Shown: positions 1-12,672 of the stretch, in pieces
Layout: each line of letters begins with the position of its first letter
Position numbering within the stretch: the first letter of the stretch is position 1
From: Octopus vulgaris
Taxonomy: Eukaryota
Reading direction: 5' to 3'
Assembly: GCA_951406725.2 (NCBI GenBank)
Contig: OX597826.1
Span: 52,700,001 to 52,764,000 of the forward strand
Length of the DNA stretch: 64,000 nucleotides
Made by a program: the position numbers and the translations under genes
The notes under the pieces: generated by a model
The model's database searches: none
The model's input: only the letters and a program-made list of their open reading frames with translations
Told to the model about the DNA's origin: nothing

Positions 1-331
1 ATACGCAACTGGTACTTAATTTATCGATTCTGAAAGATGAAAGGCAAAATCAACCTCGGCGGAATTTGAACTCAGAACGTAAAGACAAGCGAAATACCTA
101 TTTCTTTACTACCCACAAGGGACTAAACACAGTGGGGACAAACAAGGACAGACAAACGGATTAAGTCGATTATATCGACTCCAGTGCGTAACTGGTACTT
201 ATTTGATCGACCCCGAAAGGATGAAAGGCAAAGTCGACCCCGGCGGAATTTGAACTCAGACCGCAGCGGCGGACGAATTACCACAAAGCATGCCACACGG
301 CGTGCTAACGTTTCTGCCAGCTCGCCGCCTT
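1..331 (-). mobile_element. SINE family A (tRNA-like head, dimeric form), cut by window edge
   Basis: Reverse complement starts aaggcggcgagctggcagaaacgttagcacgccg, with B-box gagttcaaattcc and core gtcgactttgcctttcatcctttcggggtcgat; about 10 copies in window. Confidence 0.9.
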
Positions 332-361
332 AGAATGTCTTTTAATGTTAGATGTTTAATT

Positions 362-492
362 AAGGTGGCGAGCAGCGAGCTGCCTTTCATCCTTTCAGAT
401 CTATAAGATAGATACTAGTTGGGCATTGGGGTCAATGTAATCAAATTACCCCACACCCGAACTTGCTGGCCTTGAGACAAAATTCTAAACCG
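362..492 (+). mobile_element. SINE family A, internally deleted copy
   Basis: aaggtggcgagc head fused to gcctttcatcctttc...ggggtcaatgtaatc tail. Confidence 0.7.
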
Positions 493-910
493 ATATTACA
501 TCTTCAATGAGATAACTTATGCCCTTTTCAATAAGTTGCTAAATTCTAAGCGCAGGTTCCGTGAGACACACATGTATTATTCTTAACGAGGAGTCTTGTA
601 TAAATGGCAGGACTTGAGCTATATATATAGCAAAATATCAATTTTGCAATATATTTTATCACATGAGCGGGACTTTTCTAAGGAAAACTGGAGCTTTTAT
701 GGAAGAGATTCCGAAAAGGTTTCTCACTGTGGTCTAAGTTATATATTCTATAAATCCATTTTGCATACGGTTTGGCAGTAATCTGAGAGAGACTCCAAAT
801 AAGTTGATATTTCAGTTCAATAATTTTAGATATAGAAATCTAAATCATCTTTCGCGAAATATATTACATTTGGACTAAATATTGAATTTATTGATATTCT
901 CTACTTTCAG

Positions 911-1072
911 GAATCTAATACTTTCTCTCAAATTCACAAAAACTTTGTAACGACTTGCATTCGGATTTTCGTTTCACAACTGCTGTTTAATCCGGAATGA
1001 CATGAATTTGTCGCTGAAGTTACTAAACAGTAGCTAGACCACCTTGAAAAGTTTCGTTGATTGCATTGAAAG
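911..1072 (+). other. Candidate non-coding/UTR exon
   Basis: Acceptor ttctctactttcag| at 910, donor aag|gtaagt at 1073; unique sequence; stops in all three frames. Confidence 0.4.
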
Positions 1073-1334
1073 GTAAGTAAACATCATTGCTCCCCAACTA
1101 AGCTGAAAAGTTTAACTGTCAACTTTCTGTTTTATCCTGCTGCATCACGGAATTTTGTCATTGTCCAGGTCGCCATATCAAATTGACGAAAATGTTTTGG
1201 CAAATTGAATTTAAATGTTGAAGAGAATCTATCGGTTTTTGTGTGTGTTTTTTAATGGCTTAAAAACACCTTCCACGTTGCAATTATTTTCGTTTCAGCA
1301 TTACGGAGATGTACTTGCATAGCAAGTGGCCTGA

Positions 1335-1399
<65 letters not shown>

Positions 1400-1415
1400 T
1401 ATATCAGCTCACACG

Positions 1416-1503
1416 CACATATATTAGTCTATACCAGGACGAAGGATTGGGAATAACGCATGGCTGTGATAGTCATACTGTCGATAAATTTAGGAAAATA
1501 CTT
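1416..1503 (+). pseudogene. PLE reverse transcriptase fragment
   Basis: ISLYQDEGLGITHGCDSHTVDKFRKIL resembles the PLE LYRDDGL catalytic motif region. Confidence 0.6.
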
Positions 1504-1749
1504 CCGCATTCTTTTTCTGTTGTTAGTGGAGTAAAAATGCTTCCCGGGTTTATATTGCATAAATTTGGGTTCTTATGGGGTCTGGTTGCAGTCCTTTATT
1601 GTTTGTATTGTGTGTTGTGTGTTTGTAATTCAAGTTGTGTCCTTCTGGTGGTTATTCCGCTTGTAGTGTACCTGTGGTGGTTGTTTATTTACTGTATAGT
1701 GTTTGTATTGTATTTGTGGATTGTCTTGTTTGGGTTATACTATTGAATA

Positions 1750-2482
1750 GATTGTGTCTTGCGTAAGATATGGTCTGTCCCGACCGAAGACGGTAAGATC
1801 TGAGGTGGAGTGGTCGGCCAGACGATAATGACGAGCGACAAGGATGTTTTCTTACTTAGATGAACGGTCTGCTAGCCGGCGGCCCGTCTAACCAGCTTAA
1901 AGTTTATTGCAAAGATTGCACATGATGCAGTAAATGAGGCTTGAAGAAGAGCAGGACAAGTAGTTCCTAACGTAGAGGGTCTGCTGGTTGGATCCAGTGA
2001 GGAATGTGTTGTTGGTGATGAACGGACAGGTGTGGCAACAGGGTCTGGAGTAAGGGAAAGATCCGGGTTGCGTTGGAAATGGAGTGAGGAGGGAGCTACG
2101 GACCTGTAGACTGTGTAGGTTAGGGGCGCGTTTGCAGGAGGTGAGGATGGGTTGGGGAAAATTGAAAGGGTGGTGGTATCTGGCTGGAGGTGACGGAAGG
2201 CCCGCTGGATTTTCCGACGCAGGGGTAGGGTGGAGGGGCAAAGGAAGGGAAAGAAGATGCGGTTGAGGATCGGTATGGGGAAGGCAAGAGGGTGGTAGTG
2301 CAATCGATTTGACGACAGCTGGTAAGGGCAGTTTGGACAAGGGTGGATGGGTATCCGCGACGCATGAGCAAGAGTGCCAGGTGTTTGGACTGGGTCTTGA
2401 AATCCTGGACCCGGCAGCGAGTGAGGTAGCACCTATACAGTCGTCTATATAGCGACCATACAGCTCTGGGGTCGGTCCGGAA
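1750..2482 (-). mobile_element. Penelope-like element (Neptune-type) RT thumb + GIY-YIG remnant
   Basis: Frameshifted pieces RRGYPSTLVQTAL, PGSFPYSRPCCHTCP (Zn linker), SCSSSSLIYCIMCNLCNKL*AG*TGRRLADR (GIY-YIG). Confidence 0.85.
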
Positions 2483-2523
<41 letters not shown>

Positions 2524-3807
2524 AAACCGCTATCTTTAAAGATGACATCTTAGAGTTAGTATTGATATAAAGGAATTATTTGGCTAATGTGAAATATACA
2601 TAAGCTAGAAATAATCTCTGTTTTTCTGTTTTCTTTTTTCTTTTTTCTATTTCTTTTCGTTCTATGATTGTTTCCATTTCCAACCAGAAAGTCGATAATA
2701 CTTTGCTTACAGAAGATTGTCTGTCTTTAAAAGACCTATGTCCTCTTTTAAGAACTGCGTTATTCATCATATATTCTTTTTACTTAATGTCACGGTGACT
2801 TCAATGATAGTAATATCGTGGCGAATTATATAAAGAGCAGAAAATGAAGTCGGGATTATTTCTTGCAGTTTATGTCATGTGACAACATTACTCATATACT
2901 GGAAGTCTGTATGATAAAAGTCGTTAACGCTGACAACGATAATCAACAGTTCAACAACTTCACTAATTACAGCACAAGTCAGCCAGAAACAGATAGCGGA
3001 ATTGTTACAGTATCAGAAAACTCTATCGTGCTTTTTAGTTATATCCTTTTATTTTAATTTATTTAAAATACACCTGGAGCAGAGTTTCCCTTCGTGGATC
3101 GCCCAGGAGTTGATTAAACACGTACCTGTTAAGTTCTCTTATTTATTCAGTTAGCAAAACACCTCTACATTTTTTTTACAGTATTTGAACATTTTCGCGG
3201 TCTTTATGCAGTGTATCGTAGCTCACAACAAAATGTCGTGTTCAAATATATAACAGTCACAATTTTCATGCTATCATTTTAGTATTCAAACATGACAAAA
3301 TGAGGATGCACTAAAGCCAGGTGTGGAAATGCTAAATATGAAAAAGCAAAATAGAAAAATTAACGTGTAAAATCTATTGAAGGAAAATCCGAAAATGTTA
3401 AGAATATATTAACATAATATGACCAGTGTCCAAAAAATATACATGAAAAATCAACCCAAGTTGTTTTGTTTTTTTTCTGCGGTTCCAAAACACACCAATT
3501 CCTACACTGAAATGTGAAACTGGTCATACCTTCCTGATATAAGCCTAATACCTTTGATATTCGCATCAGTAACAAAAGTTTCAGGGTGTTAATTCGTTCA
3601 AATGTGTCTCGTAGCTCATCCTATACATAACACGTTTCTGATCCCTTAAATCCTACCCTTTAGCACTCTCTGAAAAACGCTATTTCCCACTTAACTGGGA
3701 CGCAATTAAGAGTATGTCGCTGTTGAAGGAGATGAGATAAATATTACGTCTCATTAGCCAACTTATAAATATACTGACGTATTACTATTCTATAATTTTG
3801 AGATGAC

Positions 3808-3900
3808 ATTATTTACAATGGACGAATAGGTGCCCTCATCTTGTCTTTTGTTATCATAACGTTTCTGCTGGTGTACTCTCCAGCTTTCATCAGGTGTTAA
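3808..3900 (-). mobile_element. Inverted copy of the HHR-bearing tail of the 4092-4336 element
   Basis: Reverse complement ttaacacCTGATGAaagctggagagtacaccagcaGAAACgttatgataac...gatgagggcacctattcgtccattgtaaat matches 4256-4336. Confidence 0.8.
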
Positions 3901-4091
3901 GGTTTCATCGGGGGTTAAAATAATCGACACAGAACACCACTGGAAAATAAGAAAATTAAAAGAGACTGCACATATTCTAGGACACAATAATCTTGTAAAC
4001 AGACCTAGTGCAGACCTGAATTTAATATGGGAACAAGTATTAAGAAAAGATAAAATAATAGGCTTATAAGTCCTAAAATTCACTCTATAAT

Positions 4092-4336
4092 TGCCTACTG
4101 GCATATAGCGTAGTGTATAAGAGCGCGGGCTAATAACTCAGATTCTAAGTTCAATCCCAGGCAGAGACTTGAAAAATAATATCAACAGAATAATATCAAC
4201 ATCGGCAACATCCCGATTGGTCAGATAAAGGGTTGGGTTCGAAATTCCACCAGAAGACCTGATGAAGGCTGGAGAGTACATCAGCCGAAACGTGATAACA
4301 ACAAAGATGAGGACACTTATCCGTCCATTGTAAATA
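4092..4336 (+). mobile_element. tRNA-headed short element with hammerhead ribozyme tail (SINE/retrozyme-like)
   Basis: A-box-like tagcgtagtgt 4106-4116, B-box gttcaatcc 4149-4157, HHR core CTGATGA-A-GGCTG(10 nt)CAGCC-GAAAC 4259-4291. Confidence 0.7.
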
Positions 4337-4661
4337 TACAGACTATTAACTTCATTTCCAGTATACCCAAGTTGATAATCCAGAACACATTCATAAGTTG
4401 TATAAAAGACATGTGTACAAGAGATGTTTTGGCAGGGAGCTACCAGTTTAGAGGAGGCAATCTTGCTTGGCTTAACAACTGCTTATTAGTATTAGATTTA
4501 TTAGAATACTGTATCAACATAACAAGGAATATTTAAACAAGAAACACAAGTTTCTATTTTCTTAAAATCTAACTATGTAAGTGAATTTACTTAGACACTG
4601 ATACAAACACGCACACACACATACACACACATACATAAATAGATATATGTATGTATGTATG

Positions 4662-4695
<34 letters not shown>

Positions 4696-4723
4696 TGTAT
4701 GTATATATGAACAGATATACATG

Positions 4724-4776
4724 CACATATATTGGTCTATATCAGAACGAAGCGTTGGGAATACTGCATGGCTGAG
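4724..4776 (+). pseudogene. PLE RT fragment, paralog of 1416-1466
   Basis: IGLYQNEALGILHG; DNA aligns with 1416-1466. Confidence 0.55.
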
Positions 4777-5012
4777 AAAAGCATTTCCCAGTAAGCCACA
4801 AATACAGCAAGATTTGTAACGGACGCTTGCTTAAAATATCATATAGCTGATGCCCCTATATGAAGAACGTTTTCACCCAAGACTCCACTCACAGTTGATA
4901 ATGTCGAAACCCTAAATCTTGCCCATTTGACCAGACGCATATGATAAACTCCAAAAACGGATAAGGTAAAAGTCACAATAAAGCTTCAAGATAACCTAAC
5001 CGAAAAGAAAAA

Positions 5013-5330
5013 TTACACCGGATTATGCGAAGGCATTTTCAAAAGGCGTTCTGCAAACCACTTATCTTCGTCGATAAAAGTAAAGCCACTAAGTTGGCTT
5101 GCTATGTATGAGGTTTGAACACAAACTTCACACGACATACAATCAAGTGCAGCATCGTAGACAAATCCGTGCCATATTTCAGTCGATCGCCATAAGAAAT
5201 GTGACATGCATAGCTGAAAGATCCCATATTTTTCTTTTAAGACATAAGAATTCCACCGCACTACTGTATTCAAGATCCAAAATATCAGGCAAATTCAAGC
5301 ATAGAGATGAATTTAATTTGACAAAGTAGA
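5013..5330 (-). pseudogene. PLE GIY-YIG C-terminal remnant
   Basis: Degenerate LKEKYGIF...CMSCE...RR.VVCR pattern like the PLE endonuclease C-terminus seen at 39800-40040. Confidence 0.45.
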
Positions 5331-5877
5331 AGGTACAAGTCTCTCCGGATTGAACAGCCGTCTCGCAGATTTTAGGCCCCTCTCTATTAAATTATTTATG
5401 CAATAACTAGCTTAATTACAGTTTTTCGGCCAAAGAGTACATCACTCCAATTTTCATTGTTTATTCTTCTTTTCTTTTTCCGACTTTATTTACATTTTCA
5501 CTTTTTGTGTCTGCCTTCTCGTTTTTTTCTCGTGCTTTCTCGCGTAGCAGCGTCTTAATATGCAAAAAGATTAGACGATGTGCTCAGAGTCCAAAAACTG
5601 ACTGAGGGTGAAAGGCCTGTAATAAAAACGTGCTCAGATTCGTGTCGCCAAAGCAAAAAACTATTAGTAGCTCGCATGTTTATACTGTGTACTTTACATG
5701 ATATTAAACTTTGACTGGATGGAGTATTTTTTTTTTGTTATCTTACCTTAACAGTAAAGTAAAGTAATATATAACATTGAACCAATGGTAGCCTTAATTC
5801 ACAAATAAAGAAATTATATACACACCTATGCGGTGTTGAGAATTCATTTCATCGTTCGACGGTTTACGTATATACAT

Positions 5878-5920
<43 letters not shown>

Positions 5921-5922
<2 letters not shown>

Positions 5923-6038
5923 GCCTGCTCGCTTAGCCAGCGGGGTGGCGTCATTTGAAGGCTAGAACAATGCGAACCGCATTGTGACCAGCGATGTGTA
6001 GCAACATCTGATAGCCTGGTCGGTCACGTAATCACGTA
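5921..6038 (+). mobile_element. SINE family C, 3' part
   Basis: ggcctgctcgcttagccagcggggtggcgtc...gcctggtcggtcacg matches reverse complement of 56235-56350. Confidence 0.85.
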
Positions 6039-6057
6039 ATATTTATATGTATGTATG

Positions 6058-6114
<57 letters not shown>

Positions 6115-6279
6115 TTAAATGGATGTGTATATTTTTCCTTGTTTACAATTAACACAGAAAAAATAAATAAACAAGTACCAGGGCAGCAATAAATCACATA
6201 AGTAATAAGGACATAACACCCTATTTGTAAAGGTGGAAACTCCGGGTTGATGTGACATATTTTGTATAATATATATAAA

Positions 6280-6410
6280 CAAGCAGTATAACCCGGCTTT
6301 GCCCGGGATTAAGTTAGGATTGCTAAGCTAATCAAGTTATATATTTTAAACCAAACTAAGTAACATTGACGTCAAATTTGGGCGAAATCCGTTGATATTT
6401 GTTTATATAT
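6280..6410 (-). mobile_element. Non-autonomous Helitron 3' fragment
   Basis: Reverse complement ends cccgggcaaagccgggttatactgcttg: hairpin plus CTTG variant of the CTAG end. Confidence 0.6.
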
Positions 6411-6421
6411 ATATATATATA

Positions 6422-6951
6422 CTAGCAGTATCGCCCGGCGTTGCTCGGGTTTGTAAGGGAAATAACTATATAAGCATTTTAGAGAGTTATAGCAAAAAAA
6501 ATCATTAAAAATGGAATAAAAAATGATGATAATTTTTTTTTAAATCGTTGACTCAGTGTCTTCAAGCCATGAAGTCGTTGTTCTAAAAGAACGCTGGTCT
6601 CCTTGACAACGCATTACGACGTTGATTTCCTTACACTCCCTTCCCCACAGCTTCACGAGGGAGGGAAGAAGGGGGAGAAGCAAACAGGTGCAGATGTGAG
6701 CGTGGACGCCAACTCCGCCGCCATCGACACACGAAAAATTATGCATTAAAATGGAATAAAAAATGATGTTAAATTATTTTTAAAATCGTAGACTCATCGT
6801 AGACGCGCGCTAATACTCAGACGGGCTCGATATGAATCACGACTATAAGATATCCGAATTTAGTTAAACTGCACCGCAAAACGTGGGAGTAGTTAGGAAT
6901 CTAAATCGAAGGGGACAGACACTCACACAACTACAGTTTTATATATATAGA
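6422..6951 (-). mobile_element. Non-autonomous Helitron, full length
   Basis: 5' TC (tctatatatataaaactg), 3' hairpin cccgagcaacgccggg then tactgCTAG; inserted between A and T; internal ~53-bp direct repeat 6503-6555/6744-6797. Confidence 0.85.
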
Positions 6952-6952
6952 T

Positions 6953-7002
<50 letters not shown>

Positions 7003-7625
7003 ATTATAATATAAATATATATATATGTATATTATAATATAAATATATATGGGCAACACACATACACACGTACGTACGTACACCTATTGCATATACGCTT
7101 TTTTTGTATGCATACATGTTCATAAAGGGAAATGAATGGGAAAAAAATGTTGGTAAATTTGTATATTAACACTCGCACGATTTTTCGCGTGGAATTAACT
7201 ACTCTAGCCTCCTAATATGCTACAAAACTCTTTTTGTGGTCCGAAAAACAGGGTGGGGTGTGGTGGAAGCCTCGGAAATTTTACTCATTTATATTGTGTA
7301 ATTCACTGACAAATTGTTACCTACCTCTTCGTTTCTTTGTTGTTAAATAAATAGATTCTCAACAAAACACTTTTTCCTCGGCGTAGAATAGGACAAAACA
7401 CTTTCGCGCCCAAAGTAATGTGAGAGTGAGAGGGGGAAGAAACATGAACGATTTAAAATGAATTAAGGATTTAAAATACATTTTAATTGTTGTGTGAGAA
7501 AGTATATATAATCTGATTATGAAATATAGTATCTTTCAAAACATTCTAAATTTGAAGCCTATATCGTGTTTAAGAAAAAAACAAAACATTTTACATTTTT
7601 ATTTTTGATGAACTCTGTCACTTAC

Positions 7626-7664
<39 letters not shown>

Positions 7665-7889
7665 TTGTCTTTACCTTATTTTGCTAGACGCAGTCAAAGT
7701 CTCTCCCTTACGCATACTTTTTCTTTACTTTTTTGTTAGACGCTGTCAAACACTCTCTCTCCCTCTCTTTCTCTCTCTCCCTCTCTTTCTCTCTCCCCCT
7801 GACACACATACACATTCATCAACACACAGCTTCTCTCTCTCCCTCTCACACACACACACACACACGCACGCACATTCACTTGGCAATGG

Positions 7890-8068
7890 CAAGTTCTTAG
7901 TGGCATTTCGTCCGTCTATACATTCTGAGATCAAATGCCACCGAGGTCGACTTTGTCATTCATTCTTTCGGGATCAATAAAATAAGCAGCAGTAGAGTAC
8001 TAAGGTCGATGTAATCGACCTATGTACACCCTGAAAATTACTGGCTCTGCGCCAAAATTTGAAACCAT
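7890..8068 (+). mobile_element. SINE family A, decayed
   Basis: gcatttcgtccgtc...ccgaggtcgactttgtcattcattctttcggg core. Confidence 0.8.
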
Positions 8069-8808
8069 TAAAGTCAGATTCTCCAATTGTGTGTTGGTTA
8101 CCAAATTAATCTGTTAGTTTGTGATATCTTGTAAGTACTGAGAAAATTGGTTTTGGTGTAGATTAGTTTCAGAATATATAGAGTAGGACGTCTTCCAAAT
8201 GTCATCGTCTTTTGTACCCGATATTTATCATGTAAACGTTATTTTTTATATATACTATCTTGAAAATTGTTCTTGTAGATGCGATGGTTTCATATGATAA
8301 GATATGTTCCCGCACAGGTCACTGATGATCTGAAGACAGGGCGGTAAATCCATACACGAAATAGTTTACATTATTTTGGCAAAATTTGGTGTTTCGGGAT
8401 CGGGATCCTAAGAGAATTAGCGGACCCATTCAAACCATTTTTATCCCTTTTCGGTTTCTGAAAAACATTAAAAAATATCTAGAATCTAAAAGCAAAAGTC
8501 TCTGATACTACGAAAAAATATATTGTTGCCATTACTAAATAATTCGAGTGGGTAAATATGTAGTTTTTAATATTTTTACAAAAAAAAAAAGAAAAAGAAA
8601 GAAATAATGGATATATATATATGTTTTTTAAACATAATGTGTGTTGAAAGAATGACTAACCACAATGTCTTTTCATTCAAGGAGATATTTATGTATAGGA
8701 TCCTCTATAGCAAAAATCTGCAACTGTTAAAATTATCGAAAATGGGCAAAGCTCCTCCTTAATAATAATTATAATAGTAAATCAATTCTTCTGTTTCTTT
8801 TGTTTCAG

Positions 8809-8955
8809 ATCAAACAGGAAAACAATTGAAACCGTGATTTTTTTTCTACTTTAATTACCTCTCTTCAAAATGTACAAAGAAAAAAGAGTGTGCACGTTTT
8901 GAACGATGGGATTTAACATCGATTTAAGTAGGTTTAACTCAAAACTGTTTTCTTC
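8809..8955 (+). other. Candidate non-coding/UTR exon
   Basis: Strong pyrimidine tract ttcttctgtttcttttgtttcag|, donor c|gtaagt; stops in all frames. Confidence 0.35.
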
Positions 8956-9499
8956 GTAAGTCTGACTTCACTGATCTCCGATAATTGCACAGAAATCAAC
9001 TTGGATTTAAATTTTTACTTACCCTGTTTGCGGTCAAAGTTTTTTGCCAAGTTGCTACAATTAGTGCAGAGGCGAAAAATGTGTGGGTCCTACCATTCTT
9101 TCGAGGAACGAGTTTCTCATCTATTTTAACACAATGGTGCCGGGATATCTGAAATTTTAGGTAACAAGAATAACCCCAACTATCCAGTAATTGAGAGTTA
9201 GGTTCTGTGAATGATTTGTTCACTAATAATAATCAAAACGTCTCCAGCCTGATGCCACTGCTGCTGCTACTGCTGTTGGTGTTGCTTGTTGTTGTTGTTG
9301 TTAAGCAACAAGACGGGTAAGGGTGATTCGGTGATGGTCTAGGGCTTAGGGGAGGGAGACCCCAGACCTTGGAAAAAAAAACTTTGGTCGTCTTGTTGTA
9401 GTCGAGGGCTCTTCGTTGACGCCCGTCACCACTGGGAGGTGGCCCTCGAAGTCGCTGGAAATGGAGATCTCCAGGTCCGAATTCTTAGACGGCTTTTGC

Positions 9500-9980
9500 T
9501 GTTGCTGATCTTACATGCCCAATCACAATGTATTTTAATACAATTATTTAATAGTATAAAAGAAACTGCTAAAAGGGACAAAATGCATCAAGGAAAACTT
9601 GATGCCAGAGCGGACAGCTTTTCTCACATCAGTATATCAGAGACCATTTGATTAAAACATTTACACCGCCGCCCAGTAAAAGATGTATGGTACGCATCAA
9701 AGATCTTCAGGAATTAGTTCATGGAATATATTTGGATATTAATAATGCATTGTGGCGCCATACATCTTTGAAACAAAAAAATATGCTAAAATATTATCAA
9801 AATGGCAGCTTGGTCTCTTGTTTTTACCCTTACTTCACTGGTAATGATATATACATTCGCTCAACTTCTTTGCTCAAATCTCTAAGTTCTCCCTTTAATT
9901 TTATTTTGCCTACCGCCCACCTCATAATTCCAAACGTATCCCTCCCAAAGAGTCAGTCATCACTCGGTTGAGAAACACTG
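9500..9980 (+). mobile_element. Possible hAT (Charlie-like) 3' remnant
   Basis: Right end ggttgagaaacactg is the reverse complement of CAGTGTTTCTCAACC, a Charlie-type TIR; weak dimerisation-domain-like peptide upstream. Confidence 0.35.
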
Positions 9981-10056
9981 AAATAGGCAAAGCTGTACAG
10001 GTGATAAGTAGAATGAGTCAAGTGTATTCAAAACAAAAGCCAAGAGGTCATATATT

Positions 10057-10276
10057 CTCTTTTTTCTCTTTTTTATTTGTTTCAGTCATTTGACTGCAGT
10101 CATGATGGAGCACCGCCTTTAATCGAGCAACTCGACCCCGGGACTTATTCTTTGTAAGCCAGTACTTATTCTATCGGTCTCTTTTGCCGAACCGCTAAGT
10201 GACGGGGACATAAACACACCAGCATCGGTTGTCAAGCAATGCTAGGGGGACAAACACAGACACACAAACATACACG

Positions 10277-10346
<70 letters not shown>

Positions 10347-10505
10347 TACGACAGGCTTCTTTTCAGTTTCCGTCTCCCAAATCCACTCACAAGGCTTTGG
10401 TCGGCCCGAGGCTATAGTAGAAGACACTTGCCCAAGGTGCCACGCAGTGGGACTGAACCCGGAACCATGTGGTTAGTAAGCAAGCTACTTACCACACAGC
10501 CACTC
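10057..10505 (-). mobile_element. SINE family B (tRNA head, CORE-like domain, internal microsatellite)
   Basis: Reverse complement gagtggctgtgtggtaag...ggttcagtcccactgcgtggcaccttgggcaagtgtcttc; near identical to 19638-20037. Confidence 0.9.
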
Positions 10506-11870
10506 ATTTTTTAAAGTTATATGGGGTTTTTTTCTAGAAGACTTTTCTTAATTAGAAAGGTCACCTAAAATGTTTGTGACAGTTTCAGTCATCTTTCACC
10601 GCCAAGCTTGCCACTAAATTTGGGACAATCCAAAAGTCATAGACAAAAGAGGAAGATGATATCCATGCAGCACTAGATAAGCAATTGGATGAAAGTGAAA
10701 CTCTTGTCTATATTCCCAAGAACAAAAATGACAGCGATATACAATAGCATATGACAAGAATCGCACGAAGAGACGTGCGCAATAGTTTGCAATTAAAAAC
10801 TATACAAATACCAGAACTGCATGGCATTGCATGAATGAGAAAATGAAATGCAATGCTCAAGGTATCCAATGGGGCAATAACTATACATGGTCCCTCCAGA
10901 GAAGGAATATGTAGGACACACATGATGGTCATTTCGAGAAAGATTTTAGCAAGTATCTTGCACGATCCCTAAAGAATCTACATCGCAAAAGGAGATGAAG
11001 TTTTGCGTGGTGGAGTCAAACTTCATTTATCAAATACGGAGTGCAACGCTGACACAGATGCCATGATGGTTCCACTATGCAAAACTATATATCAATTGCT
11101 AGGCAAACTTTTTATCTGATGCACTTCGAACACTGTGAAGTTGAAACTGTCACTAAACTCAATCACTTTTTAAAGTTAGTAGATTAAATGATATTTATGG
11201 AAGATTAATTAATTATTCATTAGAGTTTAATGATTAAAGTTTTAACTATTCAAATCTCCTTTTCAACGGCGATCCATTTACTTGTGGCTCGCATTATAAT
11301 ACAGAAGAAAAACATCAAGGATACATTGAACGTTACAGCATACAATTGTAACAGTTTACTCAGTAAACCTCATATGTTTTAGTGTGCAACAAAGCATTTG
11401 GAGAAAATTATGTTGATACTAATGAACGACATATGTACCTGCTTTTTGTAACAAAGAGGTAACTTCGTTATTTAGTCAAAATGCGATTCACCCTTGACAG
11501 TGCTATCCCAACAAGATAAAAGGAATGAGCAGACATATATATTTCGATCCAAAATTCTGATGTCTAGCATCAATAATTTTGGTTATCCCTTTTAACTTAA
11601 TTGTAATGTGGTAAGATGGGCAAGTCTTCAAATAATCTTGGATTCATCACCTGATTTAGTACTGAAAGATACAAATTAATGACATCTGTACATGGCAATT
11701 TAAGATTATTTAAGATTTCGCAAGTTTTGCGAAATGTATGCTGAATTATTCCGCTGCAACATCTACTATTTCTAAGAAATAATGTAAATCTTTGTTGGTA
11801 TCTGGAAAAGAGATATAGGAAAAGGGCTGAGCCGAAGTAAATAATGTATAATGCTAATCGTGACATTGTC

Positions 11871-12050
11871 ACTCAAACATGGCTGTTTTGTAGGGACCGA
11901 TGTTACTGCTATTTTTAATCCCCGGAGGACACCTCCAACAGCTGGTTATTCGATGCATTCAATACCTGATGAATAACAAGTTGGAGTGGGTGTCCTCCTG
12001 GGTTTAAAAATAGCAGTAACGCCGGTTCTTACGGAACAGCCATGTTTAGT
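11871..12050. mobile_element. Hairpin MITE-like element (~80-bp arms)
   Basis: aaacatggctgttttgtagggaccgatgttactgctatttttaa... versus ...ttaaaaatagcagtaacgccggttcttacggaacagccatgttt. Confidence 0.75.
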
Positions 12051-12089
12051 GCGATTAATACTACTTCTCAGTGTAGTTATTGCCATCAG

Positions 12090-12672
12090 CTCTGGCTATC
12101 GCTCTGACATGTAGATGCTCACAACTGAGGATAGGCCAAATAGCTCCAAACTTGTCCTTTTACTTGCAAGAAGGTGGTAGGGGTTCGCTCCCCCTTATAA
12201 CAATATATTGTATATGAAGGATGCAGAGTCGCACAGATAGCCAGCTGGCGGAGGATCACCCTGCGGTTAAACTAGTAGTAACATTCAACAGCCACTTTGA
12301 TGTGGCGACTGGCTTTACTCTTTCGTATAATCACTACTCTATTTCTTCTTGAGATTTTAGAACTAGCTAATTTGCTTGTTGCAAATCATTGACCGATGGT
12401 CACTTTGTTTACAATATATTGTTAACGGACTCTAGCTATCACTCTGGTATGCAGGTGCTCGCGACTGAGGATAGGGCAAATAGCTCCAAACTGAGTCAGT
12501 CTCATGACCCTGTTACCTCCTACGGGTTGGTAGGAGTTCGATTCACCTTCTAACCATACATTGGTTATAAAGGGTGCAGAGTTGTACCAATAACCAGCTA
12601 GCGAAGAATCTGCTTGCGGTTAAACTAGTAGTAACATTCAACAGCCACTTCGATGTGGTCACTGACTTTACT
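12090..12672 (+). repeat. Two diverged ~230-240-bp direct repeats (12090-12319, 12430-12672)
   Basis: Shared actgaggatagg.caaatagctccaaact and gcggttaaactagtagtaacattcaacagccactt blocks. Confidence 0.85.

Noticed and set aside
1309-1746. 145-aa hydrophobic ORF resembling a membrane protein
   Set aside because: Mosaic of (TA)n, a PLE RT fragment and GT-rich low-complexity sequence; non-ATG start.
10560-11150. Possible piggyBac-like transposase remnant (LVYIPKNK)
   Set aside because: Only one weak motif; no TTAA or TIR recognised.
11960-11980. CTGATGA as an HHR core
   Set aside because: No stem II or GAAA partner; lies in the MITE loop.
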